Counted from the first letter of the stretch, positions 30,356 to 40,606 are shown. The stretch: DNA of 64,000 bases from an uncultured Phycisphaerales bacterium (GCA_963758525.1 CAVWVQ010000003.1:1600001-1664000); one strand, 5' to 3'. Notes: generated by a model not told the origin, from the letters alone. A program made the numbers and translations.

Positions 30356-31288
30356 TCACGCTGCTTTGCCACGGGGGATGTTAAAGATCGGCTCCCACCT
30401 GCCGACCAACGCACGGACGACGCCAAAGCGGTAATCGCTGTTTGAGCCGGGCATTTGTACATACTGCCAAGAAAGCCTTTGCGGATTAGGCTGCCACAAT
30501 TCCGGCTGAAACAGCGGCACTTCTGCTATCCGGCGCTGGTTCATAATGCTTTCCTCGATATCCTCCGTGCCTGCTACGAAAAGACACGTTTCCTGCTCAA
30601 AAAGTGTATAAACACCCATTTCTGATGGCAGTCCCACAGCGTCAAATTTGAGATGCTTGCTCCAGCGTAAATCATCGATGATTTTCGGCTTCAGCTTTGT
30701 ATTTGCACCTTTCTTCCGAGTGTTCAATGCGGCCCAACGGTATTCGAATGACGAGTAACCGGGCGTAATCGATGCAGCGAGCTTGTCGAATTCCGCAACG
30801 AGATTCGGGTGGGCTAAGGTCGTATCAACCGAGGCGCCGTACCGGTAATACATGGTTCTCGCTGCGACCTCACTGGCGACAGCATAGCGCCACTGATCCA
30901 AGACGACGGACCGCTTGGATTTCGCCTTGAGCTTATTGTGCTTCCGCAGGCCAATTAGCGCGACGTTCAGACGGAAAACCGTGTCGTCGAGGCCGAAATC
31001 CGCGCACGCTTTGACAAATTCCCGGTCAAGTTTCGGATCAGCCAGAACTCGGTCGGACGAGAATCCCTGTCGCACTTGCAAGAAGGCCCGAGTGACGGCC
31101 TTTTCATATTTTTTTGTCAGGTCATCCTGCGGATTGAGATCCTCGGTATACGGCTTACGACGTACTAATAGATTGGAAAGCGTGGCAGCTAGCTGGGCCG
31201 AACCGATTTGCCCATCATGGACGGCGACGCGATGTCCCAAGGTTGCGCCCATGCCGGCTGCGATTGCAAAATGATTGAGTTCGGCCAT
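30356..31288 (-). CDS. Protein with two internal repeats and a degenerate GIY-YIG-like C-terminus
   Basis: SDRVLADPKL…LRK and VDTTLAHPNL…TRK repeats; LPSEMGVYTLF…LFVAGTEDI…PIFN. Confidence 0.7.
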   Translation of the reverse strand: MAELNHFAIAAGMGATLGHRVAVHDGQIGSAQLAATLSNLLVRRKPYTEDLNPQDDLTKKYEKAVTRAFLQVRQGFSSDRVLADPKLDREFVKACADFGLDDTVFRLNVALIGLRKHNKLKAKSKRSVVLDQWRYAVASEVAARTMYYRYGASVDTTLAHPNLVAEFDKLAASITPGYSSFEYRWAALNTRKKGANTKLKPKIIDDLRWSKHLKFDAVGLPSEMGVYTLFEQETCLFVAGTEDIEESIMNQRRIAEVPLFQPELWQPNPQRLSWQYVQMPGSNSDYRFGVVRALVGRWEPIFNIPRGKAA

Positions 31289-31299
31289 GGCAGCAGTTC

Positions 31300-31698
31300 T
31301 CAGCCGAAATTCGAGAAGGTGTAGAACATTCCGTCAACGATCAGCGCCACCTCTCCCTGTTCCATTTCCTTGCCCAGCTTCTTGCAGAACGCACCGAGCT
31401 TTGCTTGCAGCTTCTTGTCGGATGCCTGTTCCTCAGTCATGTAGCAATGCAGAAGAATGGGGGAATCGGGCACTAAATTACCGCCATTTTCATCATCGCG
31501 CCAGATTCCCTCTGCTTTTGGCATCACAGTAGCGCCACCGTAGTTTTCGCCGAAAAACTTCAGGCTGTGGTCCTTCCATTCGTCCTGGTTAAGCAGCGGC
31601 TTTCCCACGCGATCAGCGCTTGGGATAAATAATATGGTGAGCACGCGTCGAGTGGCGGTCGCACCCGGTATCTTATGCCCTGTTTTGGTCACTGACAA
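31300..31698 (-). CDS. Hypothetical small alpha/beta protein
   Basis: YGGATVMP..EGIWRDD..G.LV…MEQGEV; tight spacing with its neighbours. Confidence 0.7.
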   Translation of the reverse strand: MSVTKTGHKIPGATATRRVLTILFIPSADRVGKPLLNQDEWKDHSLKFFGENYGGATVMPKAEGIWRDDENGGNLVPDSPILLHCYMTEEQASDKKLQAKLGAFCKKLGKEMEQGEVALIVDGMFYTFSNFG

Positions 31699-31728
31699 TC
31701 CCCTAACAAGTCAGGCGTATCCTCGTCA

Positions 31729-32652
31729 TTATGCGGCTATCTCAGCGGTCCCGACGGCCTCCGCCTTCAGCCGGCTACGAGCCAGCTTCGCGTATTGTGG
31801 ATTCAGCTCGATGCCGAGGAAGCGGCGGCCATTGCGGACCGCCGCCACTCCGGTCGTGGCGGTGCCAGCAAAACAATCAAGAATCAGTTCGTCCCTGTCG
31901 CTCGTGGCAAGCACAAACTGCTCCACCAGTTCCAGCGGGAAAGTCGCGAAGTGGTCTAGCCGAGACCGTGCCGTAGCACATTCGATCACATCCCGCGGAA
32001 TAGTCCCTTTTTCATTCAGTTTGAAAGTCTTTCCTTTGCGGAACCGCTGTCCCTGGGGCCCGGCCTCTTCTTGCGCTTTTTTACCGCCATACGCCTGGCC
32101 TCCGGACCATCGACGGAGCGTGACCGCCGAGTACGGCACGCGAATCGAATCAGCGTTGAACTTGTAGCCACGCGCAGCCTTGGTGAGAAACAGAATGTGT
32201 TCGTGGGAGAAACGCCAGCGGTCGCCAGCGCCGTCCGGCGCGGCGTCCGATTTCGACCAGATTAAATCATTGCGAAGCGTCCAGCCCGCTTCGCATGCGG
32301 CGATTGCGAGTCGCTGAGGGACGAGTTGGAGCGACTTGTTGATATACGTGTCGCCGACAACAAAGAAGCAGGAGCCGTCGGGTTTTGTCACCCGGAAAAG
32401 CTCCCGAAAGATATTTTTCATCCGGGCTATATAGTCGCCAACGGAGGTCTCCCATCCCATCTGCCCCCTAACGTGGTAGTCTTTTTGGCGGTAGTAGGGT
32501 GGCGAGGTCACCGTGGATTGCACGGAGCCTGTCGTAACGTCGCTCAACTTCGTTTCCGCTGACCCCTCCACAATATCGCCGTGCAGCCGTTCGAGTTCAT
32601 GCAGCGGCGCAGTCCGTTTGCGCCCACCCGACTTGCGATCGGAGATCGCCAT
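31729..32652 (-). CDS. Beta-class N4C/N6A DNA methyltransferase
   Basis: Motif IV TSPPY before motif I DCFAGTATT; HFATFP; GIELNPQY. Confidence 0.92.
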   Translation of the reverse strand: MAISDRKSGGRKRTAPLHELERLHGDIVEGSAETKLSDVTTGSVQSTVTSPPYYRQKDYHVRGQMGWETSVGDYIARMKNIFRELFRVTKPDGSCFFVVGDTYINKSLQLVPQRLAIAACEAGWTLRNDLIWSKSDAAPDGAGDRWRFSHEHILFLTKAARGYKFNADSIRVPYSAVTLRRWSGGQAYGGKKAQEEAGPQGQRFRKGKTFKLNEKGTIPRDVIECATARSRLDHFATFPLELVEQFVLATSDRDELILDCFAGTATTGVAAVRNGRRFLGIELNPQYAKLARSRLKAEAVGTAEIAA

Positions 32653-32832
32653 ATGTCACCTGTCAGCTGAGATGTATCGCGTCACCATCCGTGGGAACGC
32701 CGCGCGGACCCCATCCACCATGTTCCATCGGCACGATGCGAAACGACACGTTAGTCGTTCTGCGATCAGCGCTTGCAGCCCGCCTTCGGCCTGGGAGTCT
32801 CCCGTGGTATCATCCGCGCGTCAAGGAGAATA

Positions 32833-34003
32833 TTGGAAGGTTCGACGCTGACACAATCCCGCCGCCGTGCTTCTGCGCCGCGCCGGCTGGCGCAGCGGAA
32901 TTCTTTGCGGGTATCGGTCTGGTCAGGCTCGCGTTGGAAAAACATTATTGGCAAGTCGTATTCGCTAACGATATCGACCCAGACAAACAGGAGATTTATG
33001 AGCACAACTTCGATGACGGTCATTTTCACCTCGGTGATATCCATAAATTGAGCCCAGATGATATTCCCGATTGCGAGCTGTTCACCGCATCCTTCCCTTG
33101 TAATGACCTGTCGATCGCCGGGTCGTGGTCGGGGCTAAGTGGCAAGGAATCGTCAGCATTCTGGGGCTTGATCGATATCTTGAAGGCGTTGAAAGGTAGG
33201 CGCCCACCGCTCGTGATGCTCGAAAATGTGGTCGGGTTTCTGCAATCGGGGGGCGGCCAGGATTTTGAGACTGCCCTCTTGGCCCTCAATCAGGTGGGTT
33301 ACACCGTCGACGCGTTTATCTTGAACGCAGTTCATTGGGTTCCTCAAAGTCGGGCGCGACTGTTCGTCATCGCCAAGGCTGATGGCCTCTGTGAAAAACC
33401 TCTCCCCTTTGCGATGGAAACGGACGCGCGTCCCGATGCGCTGTTTACATTCATCAACACGCACCAAAATATTCGCTGGGATATCAGTGAGCTGCCCCGG
33501 CTTCCGAAGCCGCGCACGAGACTTCGGGATATCATCGAAAATTTGCCAGACGACGACCCACATTGGTGGAATGACCAGCGAGCGGCATATTTCTTCAGTC
33601 AGTTCAGCGAGCGCCACCTCATGGCGGTGCGCTTGATGCTCGGTCAGAAGACCTATCAGTACGCGACCGCATTTCGCCGCGTGCGATACGGCAAGAGCAT
33701 GGCAGAGCTGCGCACAGACGGGATCGCCGGATGCTTGCACACCCCCGGGGCGGGAGTGGGCGTCAGATTCTGTTCAAAGCGGGAAAGGGGAAATTCCAAG
33801 TGCGGTTACTGACGGCCAGGGAATGCGCACGCCTGCAAGGCGTTCCCGATGACTACGTGATTAAAGTGCCGCTCAACCAAGCGCTGTTTGGCTTTGGCGA
33901 TGCGGTGTGTGTTCCCGCTGTGCGATGGATTGCCAAGCACTATTTGACGCCCCTGGCTCTGGAAATTACTGCTGACCCTTTTCTATTTGCGGCCCCTCAT
34001 TGA
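32833..34003 (+). CDS. dcm: C5 DNA cytosine methyltransferase, apparent frameshifts near 32890 and 33745
   Basis: EFFAGIG, SFPCNDLS, ENVVG, PQSRARLF, RECARLQG, FGDAV; AAGGAG before TTG 32833. Confidence 0.88.
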
Positions 34004-34012
34004 GACCCACAA

Positions 34013-34969
34013 ATGTCTTTTGCGCAATACGAAAGCTCGTTCACCGAATGGCACGATGAGTACATGATGAAGGGCGGAGCCGACGTTCCTGCTCGCCTGC
34101 TGACACTCCTCGGCTTATTGGAGCGACTGCGGGAACTTCCCGTGCTTGACCTCGACCAGCATAAAGCCGACAGCGGGATGCAACTCATTGAGCACAACGC
34201 CTTCGTAGATCGCGCTCTGGCACGGTTCGCAGTGCAATCCCCGGTTCAGGAAAAGGGCCGGCGCTCAAACAATTTGCACGCATGGGCGAATTCCCTGTTC
34301 GCCTGGCTCACAGCCGCGGGCTTTCAGCAAAATGCGCCGAACGACGACCTTCTGCTTGGGGCACAAGCGGTCGCCGCAAAACGACTCGCTCTAATCAACG
34401 ATGACAAGCCGCTGATCGCCCGTTACAGCAAAGGAACCGCAGTCGCCGTTATTGCAGACATTCTCGACCAGGCTCAGGAAAAGAAGCGGGCGAAGGACGT
34501 TGCCGAGTACCTGGTCGGCGCGAAACTTGAGCTTCGGTTCGGCGACGGGGTGGTCCAGCCCAAGAACGTAAACACGCCGAGTCTCGGTCACCTGGCCGAT
34601 TTTCGCATTGGCAATACTGCGATTGAGGTGACCACAGTCGAGCGCGCTGACAAGTCTCATCTTGATCAGATCACCCGGATTCTGCAGAACACGGGCTTAC
34701 AAGTCTGGCTGCTCACGAGGATGAAGGATCGCGAGAAGTGGCAGCACGCAGTAGAAGCTCTGTTCGATGCTCAGGTTCTGCGCATTGTGGTGGCAGACAT
34801 AGAAACCTTCGTCGGCCAGAACGTGTCTGAGATTGGCAAGTTTCAAAGCGAGGACGTCGCGAAGGCTCTATCCGCGCTTTTCGAGCGTTACACAACACAC
34901 TGGCTTCCACCGATCGGCGCGGGGGGATTGCGAATTGTCAACATGGAAACGGGAGGTGCCGTGCGTTAG
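34013..34969 (+). CDS. DUF4928-like putative restriction endonuclease
   Basis: EYLVGAKLELRF, DFRIGNTAIEVT, DIETFVGQNVSE; 9 nt after dcm. Confidence 0.7.
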   Translation: MSFAQYESSFTEWHDEYMMKGGADVPARLLTLLGLLERLRELPVLDLDQHKADSGMQLIEHNAFVDRALARFAVQSPVQEKGRRSNNLHAWANSLFAWLTAAGFQQNAPNDDLLLGAQAVAAKRLALINDDKPLIARYSKGTAVAVIADILDQAQEKKRAKDVAEYLVGAKLELRFGDGVVQPKNVNTPSLGHLADFRIGNTAIEVTTVERADKSHLDQITRILQNTGLQVWLLTRMKDREKWQHAVEALFDAQVLRIVVADIETFVGQNVSEIGKFQSEDVAKALSALFERYTTHWLPPIGAGGLRIVNMETGGAVR

Positions 34970-35241
34970 ACAGGGCGTTACCGTCGATCTGGCGTCGCCT
35001 CTTCCTGCACCCATGCTAAGATGATCTCTCGCGCTGTAGCCGCATCAGTTTCGGTTGAGTTTGCGTGGTCATTATAGACCGTGACTTACTCTCGCGAGTC
35101 AGGCGGGAAACCACCGCTCCATTTCCAAGAAATCGGCTTTCAGATTCGCAAGCTGTTGCTGCTCGGCCATGGGCGCTCCTGGTATGGGGAACAAGAATCA
35201 TATTATCGTTAGAATCTGTTGCACCCCAATCCGGTACATCC

Positions 35242-35676
35242 ATGGCGGACACTTTTACCCAGGTGGAACGGTCGCGCATCATGGCGGCGATCAAATCACG
35301 TGATACGAAGCCGGAGCTTTTAGTTCGCAGACTGATTCACCGCCTCGGCTATCGCTACCGGTTGCATGATCGCTCGCTTCCTGGCACCCCCGATATCGTC
35401 CTTCCCCGCCTCCAAAAAATTGTCAACGTCCATGGATGCTTTTGGCACATGCATTCGTGTCAACGTCACCGAAAAGCACCGGCCACTCACCCGGATTATT
35501 GGATCGCTAAACGAACAGGAAATGCCGCGAGGGATCGGAAGAATCTGGCCGAACTGCGTCGTCGAGGCTGGGATGTCCTTACGATCTGGGAATGCAGAAC
35601 GAAGAATGCGGCGGAACTATCAAAACTCCTCGTTAAGTTCCTTGCGATGAAACGGGTAAAGACAGAGGGACCTTGA
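35242..35676 (+). CDS. vsr: Very short patch repair endonuclease
   Basis: RSRIMAAIKSRDTKPE, LPGTPDIV, VHGCFWH, N..RD, IWEC. Confidence 0.93.
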   Translation: MADTFTQVERSRIMAAIKSRDTKPELLVRRLIHRLGYRYRLHDRSLPGTPDIVLPRLQKIVNVHGCFWHMHSCQRHRKAPATHPDYWIAKRTGNAARDRKNLAELRRRGWDVLTIWECRTKNAAELSKLLVKFLAMKRVKTEGP

Positions 35677-35944
35677 GTTGGTTAGTACAAGTGTGTTTCC
35701 TGCTTCTGTTGTACGGGTTATGCAGGGAGTTCGCATTTGCCGTCATCCTGGAACGAGAGTGGCCGGGGAAGCTCGTCGTGATGAATCGCCGGAGCTTGAA
35801 GAAAGTTCGTTAGTCGGCAGCGGCGTGAAGTAGGTCGGCCCCCTCCGCATGACGATCGCGTGGGGGTCAACTGACCAGGTCCTTTTGGTGACACGAATCG
35901 GTGCGAGCCCACTGGCGGCTCACGTAAATCCTTGTTATTCCTAA

Positions 35945-36018
<74 letters not shown>

Positions 36019-36025
36019 TTCATGT

Positions 36026-37459
36026 TTATGTCGCCGGGGGCGCATCCGACACGACATCGGGAGCCGGAACTGGCGCGGGTGGCGGCGGCGCGGTTTCGGA
36101 TAAGGGAACTACCGCGGCCGCGTCGCTGGGGCGGTTGGTGGTGAGTTCGCCGAAGTCTTCGTCGGTTTCTTCAACGTATACGTCGTCGAGTTCCGTAGCG
36201 TCCACCTCGGCGCGCATCAGGGTGTAAATGATCGTGTTGGCGGAGAAATAGAAGCTGAGCACGAAGGCGGCCAGCATGGCGATGACGAGATAGATCCAGA
36301 AGGAGATGATGCCGGCGGCGAGGGCGTCGGCTCCTTTGAGGGAGTCGTAGGCGGGAGGATAGGCGAGGGAGCGGAGATCGGGGGAGGGCCAGATGGCGGG
36401 GAAGTAGGTGCCGGGCTGGCCCTTGAGCCACCAGGCGGCGAAGAGGTGGGCCAGCTTGAGCATGACGAAGACGAACCAGTGGGCAAAGGCGTAGCAGAGT
36501 GCGCCGTAGATGAGTGCGACGGCACTGTAAAAGATCATCCGCCAGGGGCGGGCGAACACGTAGCTGAAGCTTCGGCTGATGGCGTCGAAGCTGTCGGAGC
36601 CTTCGACGGCGATGGTCGGATACATGAGGTTGAAGCCGGCGAGAGTGCCGGTGGCGACGAGGGCCATGACGAAGCCGGCGATGAGCGCGAGGAAGAAGAA
36701 GCAGGCGGCGACGACGGGCCCGATGTAGGGGATGTAGAAGAGCAGGGCGCCGAAGGCGACGGCGACGCCGGCGACGAGAATGATGATGATTGGGATCAGC
36801 GGGGCGAAGATGAAGCTGAGGATTTTGCTGGTGGAGAAGCTGACGGCCTGGCGGAGAGAGATTTTTTCATCGCGGGCGACGTGGACCGCGGCGATGCGTG
36901 AGATGGCTCCGCCGAAGACGGCCCAGACAATCAGGAAGATGGCGAAAAAGAAGATGCAGTAGACGAGATGGAATCGGAGGAGCCAGCTGGGGCCGATGAA
37001 GAGGAAGTTGGTCAGGCCGTGGGCGACGACGCCCCAGTCGGTGTAGGAGGCGTTGATGATGGCAGAGGCCTGGCGGACTTCGTAGGAGAAGAAGAGGGTG
37101 GAGATGCCAACTTTGGGGCCGAGTGCGCCGCCCTGGGCGCTGGCCCTGGCGAGTTCGAGGGCGCGGGTCATGTCGCCGTACAGCGCCTGTTCTGGCAGCG
37201 GGAGATTGCTGAAATCACTGCGGGCGGCGTGGAGCCAGCGGAGTTCTTCGTACTGCTGAATATCAAAGGCGTTGGGCAGCGACGCGCTGGGCCAGACGGC
37301 GTCGAGAATCCGCCCGCCGGCATAGAGGGAAAAGATCAGCAGCAATCCGAGGACGAGCTTGGAGGGGTGAATGGCGATGCGGAACGCGCGGAAAATATGC
37401 GTAAAGGGGAAAGTCTCACGCCAGTTGATGGCTCGGATCGCCTGCGATTCGTCCGCCAT
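36026..37459 (-). CDS. Multi-pass membrane protein of unknown function
   Basis: 477-aa ORF with many TM segments and strong codon bias. Confidence 0.8.
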   Translation of the reverse strand: MADESQAIRAINWRETFPFTHIFRAFRIAIHPSKLVLGLLLIFSLYAGGRILDAVWPSASLPNAFDIQQYEELRWLHAARSDFSNLPLPEQALYGDMTRALELARASAQGGALGPKVGISTLFFSYEVRQASAIINASYTDWGVVAHGLTNFLFIGPSWLLRFHLVYCIFFFAIFLIVWAVFGGAISRIAAVHVARDEKISLRQAVSFSTSKILSFIFAPLIPIIIILVAGVAVAFGALLFYIPYIGPVVAACFFFLALIAGFVMALVATGTLAGFNLMYPTIAVEGSDSFDAISRSFSYVFARPWRMIFYSAVALIYGALCYAFAHWFVFVMLKLAHLFAAWWLKGQPGTYFPAIWPSPDLRSLAYPPAYDSLKGADALAAGIISFWIYLVIAMLAAFVLSFYFSANTIIYTLMRAEVDATELDDVYVEETDEDFGELTTNRPSDAAAVVPLSETAPPPPAPVPAPDVVSDAPPAT

Positions 37460-37620
37460 ATTGCGGAAGCTCCTTTCCCTTGATGGCCCGCGGGACCGCC
37501 GGATTTGAACGGGTCGTCCGCCTGTGCGCGGGGATTATAGTCTGGGGGGATGCGGGATGCGAGGAGGCGGAGGGCACCCGCCGCGGCGGGTAAACTGCGG
37601 CACGGAGGCACGAGGGGGAC

Positions 37621-37681
37621 AAATCCGAATGACGAAACCCGAATCCTCGAATCAAATCCGAATGACGAAGCCCGAATGACG
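37621..37681. repeat. CGAATGA-type heptamer array
   Basis: aaatccgaatgacgaaacccgaatcctcgaatcaaatccgaatgacg; relatives at 58117-58287, 58941-58979 and about 62477. Confidence 0.8.
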
Positions 37682-37779
37682 GAGCGGGAGGCGCGATCGC
37701 GCTTCACTGTGCGTTTTGTCTTCGTTCGCTTCGTGCCGAGGGTTTGCCGACGAGAGGAGGGGGCGCCGGGAGGCGGAGA

Positions 37780-37869
37780 TTGCAAATTCGAAATTTCAAA
37801 TTTCAAATTTCAAATTTTAAATCTCAAATTTCAGATCTCAGACTTCAGACCTCAAATCTCAGATTGAAA
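37780..37869. repeat. TTTCAAA/TCTCAGA heptamer array
   Basis: About 12 degenerate 7-nt units; AT-rich. Confidence 0.9.
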
Positions 37870-37877
37870 GGTGGGAA

Positions 37878-38066
37878 TCACGATGCTTCGTCTGGCTGGC
37901 CTTCGGGTGCTTCTCCATCCCCGTCTTTCTCCACTGGAATCTGATATTTTCCGTCGAGCCAGCGGCCGAGATCGATCAGTTTGCAGCGCTCGCTGCAGAA
38001 GGGATAGGGACCGCGCGCGTTGGGATCGGGGGCGGGAACGGGTTTTTTGCAGATGGGGCAGTGCAT
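37878..38066 (-). CDS. yacG: DNA gyrase inhibitor YacG
   Basis: CPICKK…[21 protein letters not shown]. Confidence 0.92.
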   Translation of the reverse strand: MHCPICKKPVPAPDPNARGPYPFCSERCKLIDLGRWLDGKYQIPVEKDGDGEAPEGQPDEAS

Positions 38067-38086
38067 TTCGGATGTCTGGCGGATGC

Positions 38087-38160
38087 GATTTCAAATTTGA
38101 AATCTGAAATTTTTCTCAAAATGCAAAATCTGAAATTTCTCAAAAGTGCAAATCTGAGAC
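38087..38160. repeat. TTTGAAA/TCTGAAA heptamer array, inverted relative to 37780-37869
   Basis: tttgaaatctgaaa…tctgaaa…tctgaga. Confidence 0.8.
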
Positions 38161-38185
38161 ACTGCGAGGCGCTTCGGCTCCAAGG

Positions 38186-38605
38186 CTATCGCTTTCTCTT
38201 GGAGGATGAACTCTTGGCCTGGGGTTTTGGCGCTGATGGCTCGGACTTAGGGGCTTCGCTTTTTGGGGATTCGGATTTAGCGGGGGCGGACTCGGAGGCC
38301 GCAGGTTTGGCTTCCGTTGGCTTGGAGTCGGAGGACTTGGCATCCGACGGCTTTGCGTCGCCGGATTTGGCTTCCGCGGGTTTGGGGGCGGAATCGGCTT
38401 TGGCGGCGTCTTTGTACGATTCGGAACGATAGTCCGTGATGTAAAAGCCGCTGCCTTTGAAGATGATTCCTGCGCCGGTGCCGATGAGGCGCTTGAGCGC
38501 GTTTTTGCCGCACTGGGGGCATTTGCGGAGCGGGCCGGCCATGATCGATTGGAATTTCTCGAACGCGTGGCCGCAATTGGAACATTTGTAGTCGTAGGTG
38601 GGCAT
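38186..38605 (-). CDS. FmdB-family zinc ribbon protein
   Basis: MPTYDYKCSNC…CPQC…FKGSGFYITDY; low-complexity K/S/P/A tail. Confidence 0.9.
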   Translation of the reverse strand: MPTYDYKCSNCGHAFEKFQSIMAGPLRKCPQCGKNALKRLIGTGAGIIFKGSGFYITDYRSESYKDAAKADSAPKPAEAKSGDAKPSDAKSSDSKPTEAKPAASESAPAKSESPKSEAPKSEPSAPKPQAKSSSSKRKR

Positions 38606-38619
38606 TGGATTAGGAGAAT

Positions 38620-38724
38620 AAGGGACAAAGGGACCAAGGGACTAAGGCACAAAGGGGGAGCGCATCGAAGTTGACGGAGCAGAATTTCACTTTGTCCCTC
38701 GGTCCCTTCGTCCCTTTGTCCCTT
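38620..38724. repeat. Inverted octamer arrays (AGGGACNA)n…(TNGTCCCT)n
   Basis: Four units on each arm. Confidence 0.88.
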
Positions 38725-38725
38725 C

Positions 38726-39274
38726 CTACTCCACCGACTTGCTCACGGCCACCTGGGCGGGGCGCAAAGTCCTGTCGTGGAGGCTGTAGCCCTTGTTGAA
38801 AAGCTGCACGACGGTGGGGACTTTGTATGTGGAATCCTGCTGCATGATCGCTTCGTGCCGGGAGGGATCGAAGGGGGTGCCAGGAGCGGGAGCGATTTCC
38901 TGCACCTGCTGCTGCTTGAGCACGGAGAGCCATTGGTCGTGGACGATTTGCATCCCTTTGAGGATGGTTTTGGCGTCTGCCTTCCCGGGATCGACGGCCA
39001 GGGCGCGCTCGAAATTGTCGATGACCGGCAGAAGGCTTTTGATCAGACTGCTGTTGGCGTATTGGAGGCGCTGATCCATCTCGATCTGGCTGCGCTTCTG
39101 GGCATTCTTGAACTCGGCGGTGGCGCGGGCGAGCCGCTCGAAAAGCGAGTCGCGCTCCGCCTTGAGCTTCTGGTACTCGTCGCCGGCATCGGCACCCGGG
39201 GCGGCGTTTTCTTCCGGTGCGGGGCCTGTGTCAAAATTCTGCTGGTTTTCGTCGTCGATTGGAATGGTTGCCAT
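38726..39274 (-). CDS. grpE: Nucleotide exchange factor GrpE
   Basis: AEFKNAQKR, LLPVIDNFERAL, FDPSRHEAI, GYSLHDRTLRPAQVAV. Confidence 0.95.
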   Translation of the reverse strand: MATIPIDDENQQNFDTGPAPEENAAPGADAGDEYQKLKAERDSLFERLARATAEFKNAQKRSQIEMDQRLQYANSSLIKSLLPVIDNFERALAVDPGKADAKTILKGMQIVHDQWLSVLKQQQVQEIAPAPGTPFDPSRHEAIMQQDSTYKVPTVVQLFNKGYSLHDRTLRPAQVAVSKSVE

Positions 39275-39298
39275 GGGAACTTTCCGGGCCTGATTCAA

Positions 39299-40429
39299 TC
39301 AGTCGCCCTTGATGGCTTGTTTGAGTTTGTCCACGAAACCTTTTCGCTGCGGCATGGTGGCGCCGTCTTCGAGGGCCGAGAATTCACGGAGAAGCGTTTT
39401 CTGCTTTTCGGTGAGCTTGCGGGGGATTTCGACGACGATCTGCACGAGCTCGTCGCCGGTTTTGGAAGAGCGCAGGTCGGGCAGGCCCTTCCCCTTGAGC
39501 TTGAAGACTTCGCCGTGCTGCGAGCCGGGGGGAATTTCCAGATCGGTGACGGCTCTGAGCGTGGGGACTTCGATTTTGCCGCCCAGCGCGGCAAGAGTGA
39601 ACGAAATGGGGATCTGGCAGACCAGGTCGTTGCCGTGGCGCGTGAAAATCGGATGAGGGCGCAAGGCGATGTAGCAATGCAGATCGCCCGGCTGCGCGCC
39701 GTTTTCACCGGCTTCCCCTTCGCCAACCACGCGCACGGCCTGACCCTCGTGGACGCCGGCGGGGATTTTGACGGTGATGACTTTGCGTTTGAGCTGGCGT
39801 CCGGTGCCGCCGCAGGAAGGGCACACGTCGCGGATGACCGTGCCGCGTCCGCGGCAGTTGGGGCAGGCGGTGACCATGCGGAACATTCCGCCGAAGCCCT
39901 GTTGGGCGACGCGTCCCTGTCCGCCGCATTGCACGCAGACGACCGGCGAGCTTCCCGCCTTGGCGCCGCTTCCCTTGCAAGTGTCGCACACATCCTGTTT
40001 TTCAACTTCGATGGTCTTCTCGCACCCCGCGCCGACTTCGGAGAGCGTGAGCTGGACCTGCATTTCCAGGTCGAACCCGCGTTGAGCCCGCGCCTGCCCG
40101 CGCTGGCCTCCGCGACCGCCTAACGCGCCGCCGAAAATATCGTCGAACATCGAGAAGATGTCGCCGACGTCCATGTGCGAAAAGTCGTGCTGCCCGCCGA
40201 CGCCCTGGTGGCCGAACTGATCATACCGCCGGCGTTTTTCGTCGTCGGAGAGAACCTCGTACGCCTCGGCGCATTCTTTAAACAGAGCTTCGGCCTCGGC
40301 TTTATTGCCGTCGGCGCGGTCGGGGTGATACTTCATCGCCAGCCGGCGATAAGAGCGCTTGATCTCCTCCCCGGAGGCGGTCCGGGTGACGCCAAGCACT
40401 TCGTAATAATCGCGTTTTGTCGTGGCCAC
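39299..40429 (-). CDS. dnaJ: Chaperone DnaJ
   Basis: J domain with HPD, G/F region, four CxxCxGxG motifs. Confidence 0.97.
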   Translation of the reverse strand: MATTKRDYYEVLGVTRTASGEEIKRSYRRLAMKYHPDRADGNKAEAEALFKECAEAYEVLSDDEKRRRYDQFGHQGVGGQHDFSHMDVGDIFSMFDDIFGGALGGRGGQRGQARAQRGFDLEMQVQLTLSEVGAGCEKTIEVEKQDVCDTCKGSGAKAGSSPVVCVQCGGQGRVAQQGFGGMFRMVTACPNCRGRGTVIRDVCPSCGGTGRQLKRKVITVKIPAGVHEGQAVRVVGEGEAGENGAQPGDLHCYIALRPHPIFTRHGNDLVCQIPISFTLAALGGKIEVPTLRAVTDLEIPPGSQHGEVFKLKGKGLPDLRSSKTGDELVQIVVEIPRKLTEKQKTLLREFSALEDGATMPQRKGFVDKLKQAIKGD

Positions 40430-40445
40430 GTTCGTTCCTGAAAAA

Positions 40446-40490
40446 GCGAAAGACACAAAGATAGCGACCGGCTATCTTCGTGTCTTCGCG
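40446..40490. repeat. Hairpin between groEL and dnaJ (AAGACAC/GTGTCTT type)
   Basis: gcgaaagacacaaagatagc-gaccg-gctatcttcgtgtcttcgc. Confidence 0.7.
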
Positions 40491-40606
40491 CGGTCAGGAT
40501 TAAATTATAGGGCGACTGCTTCTCTCAGCGCTGACCGGATCCCCGGGGGATCACACGGCGAACGTGCTCGCCGGCTGCACGAACAACAACGAATGCCAGA
40601 CCCGCA

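Noticed and set aside
37621..38724. Repeat arrays as a CRISPR locus
   Set aside because: Units are 7-8 nt and contiguous, with no unique spacers and no cas genes
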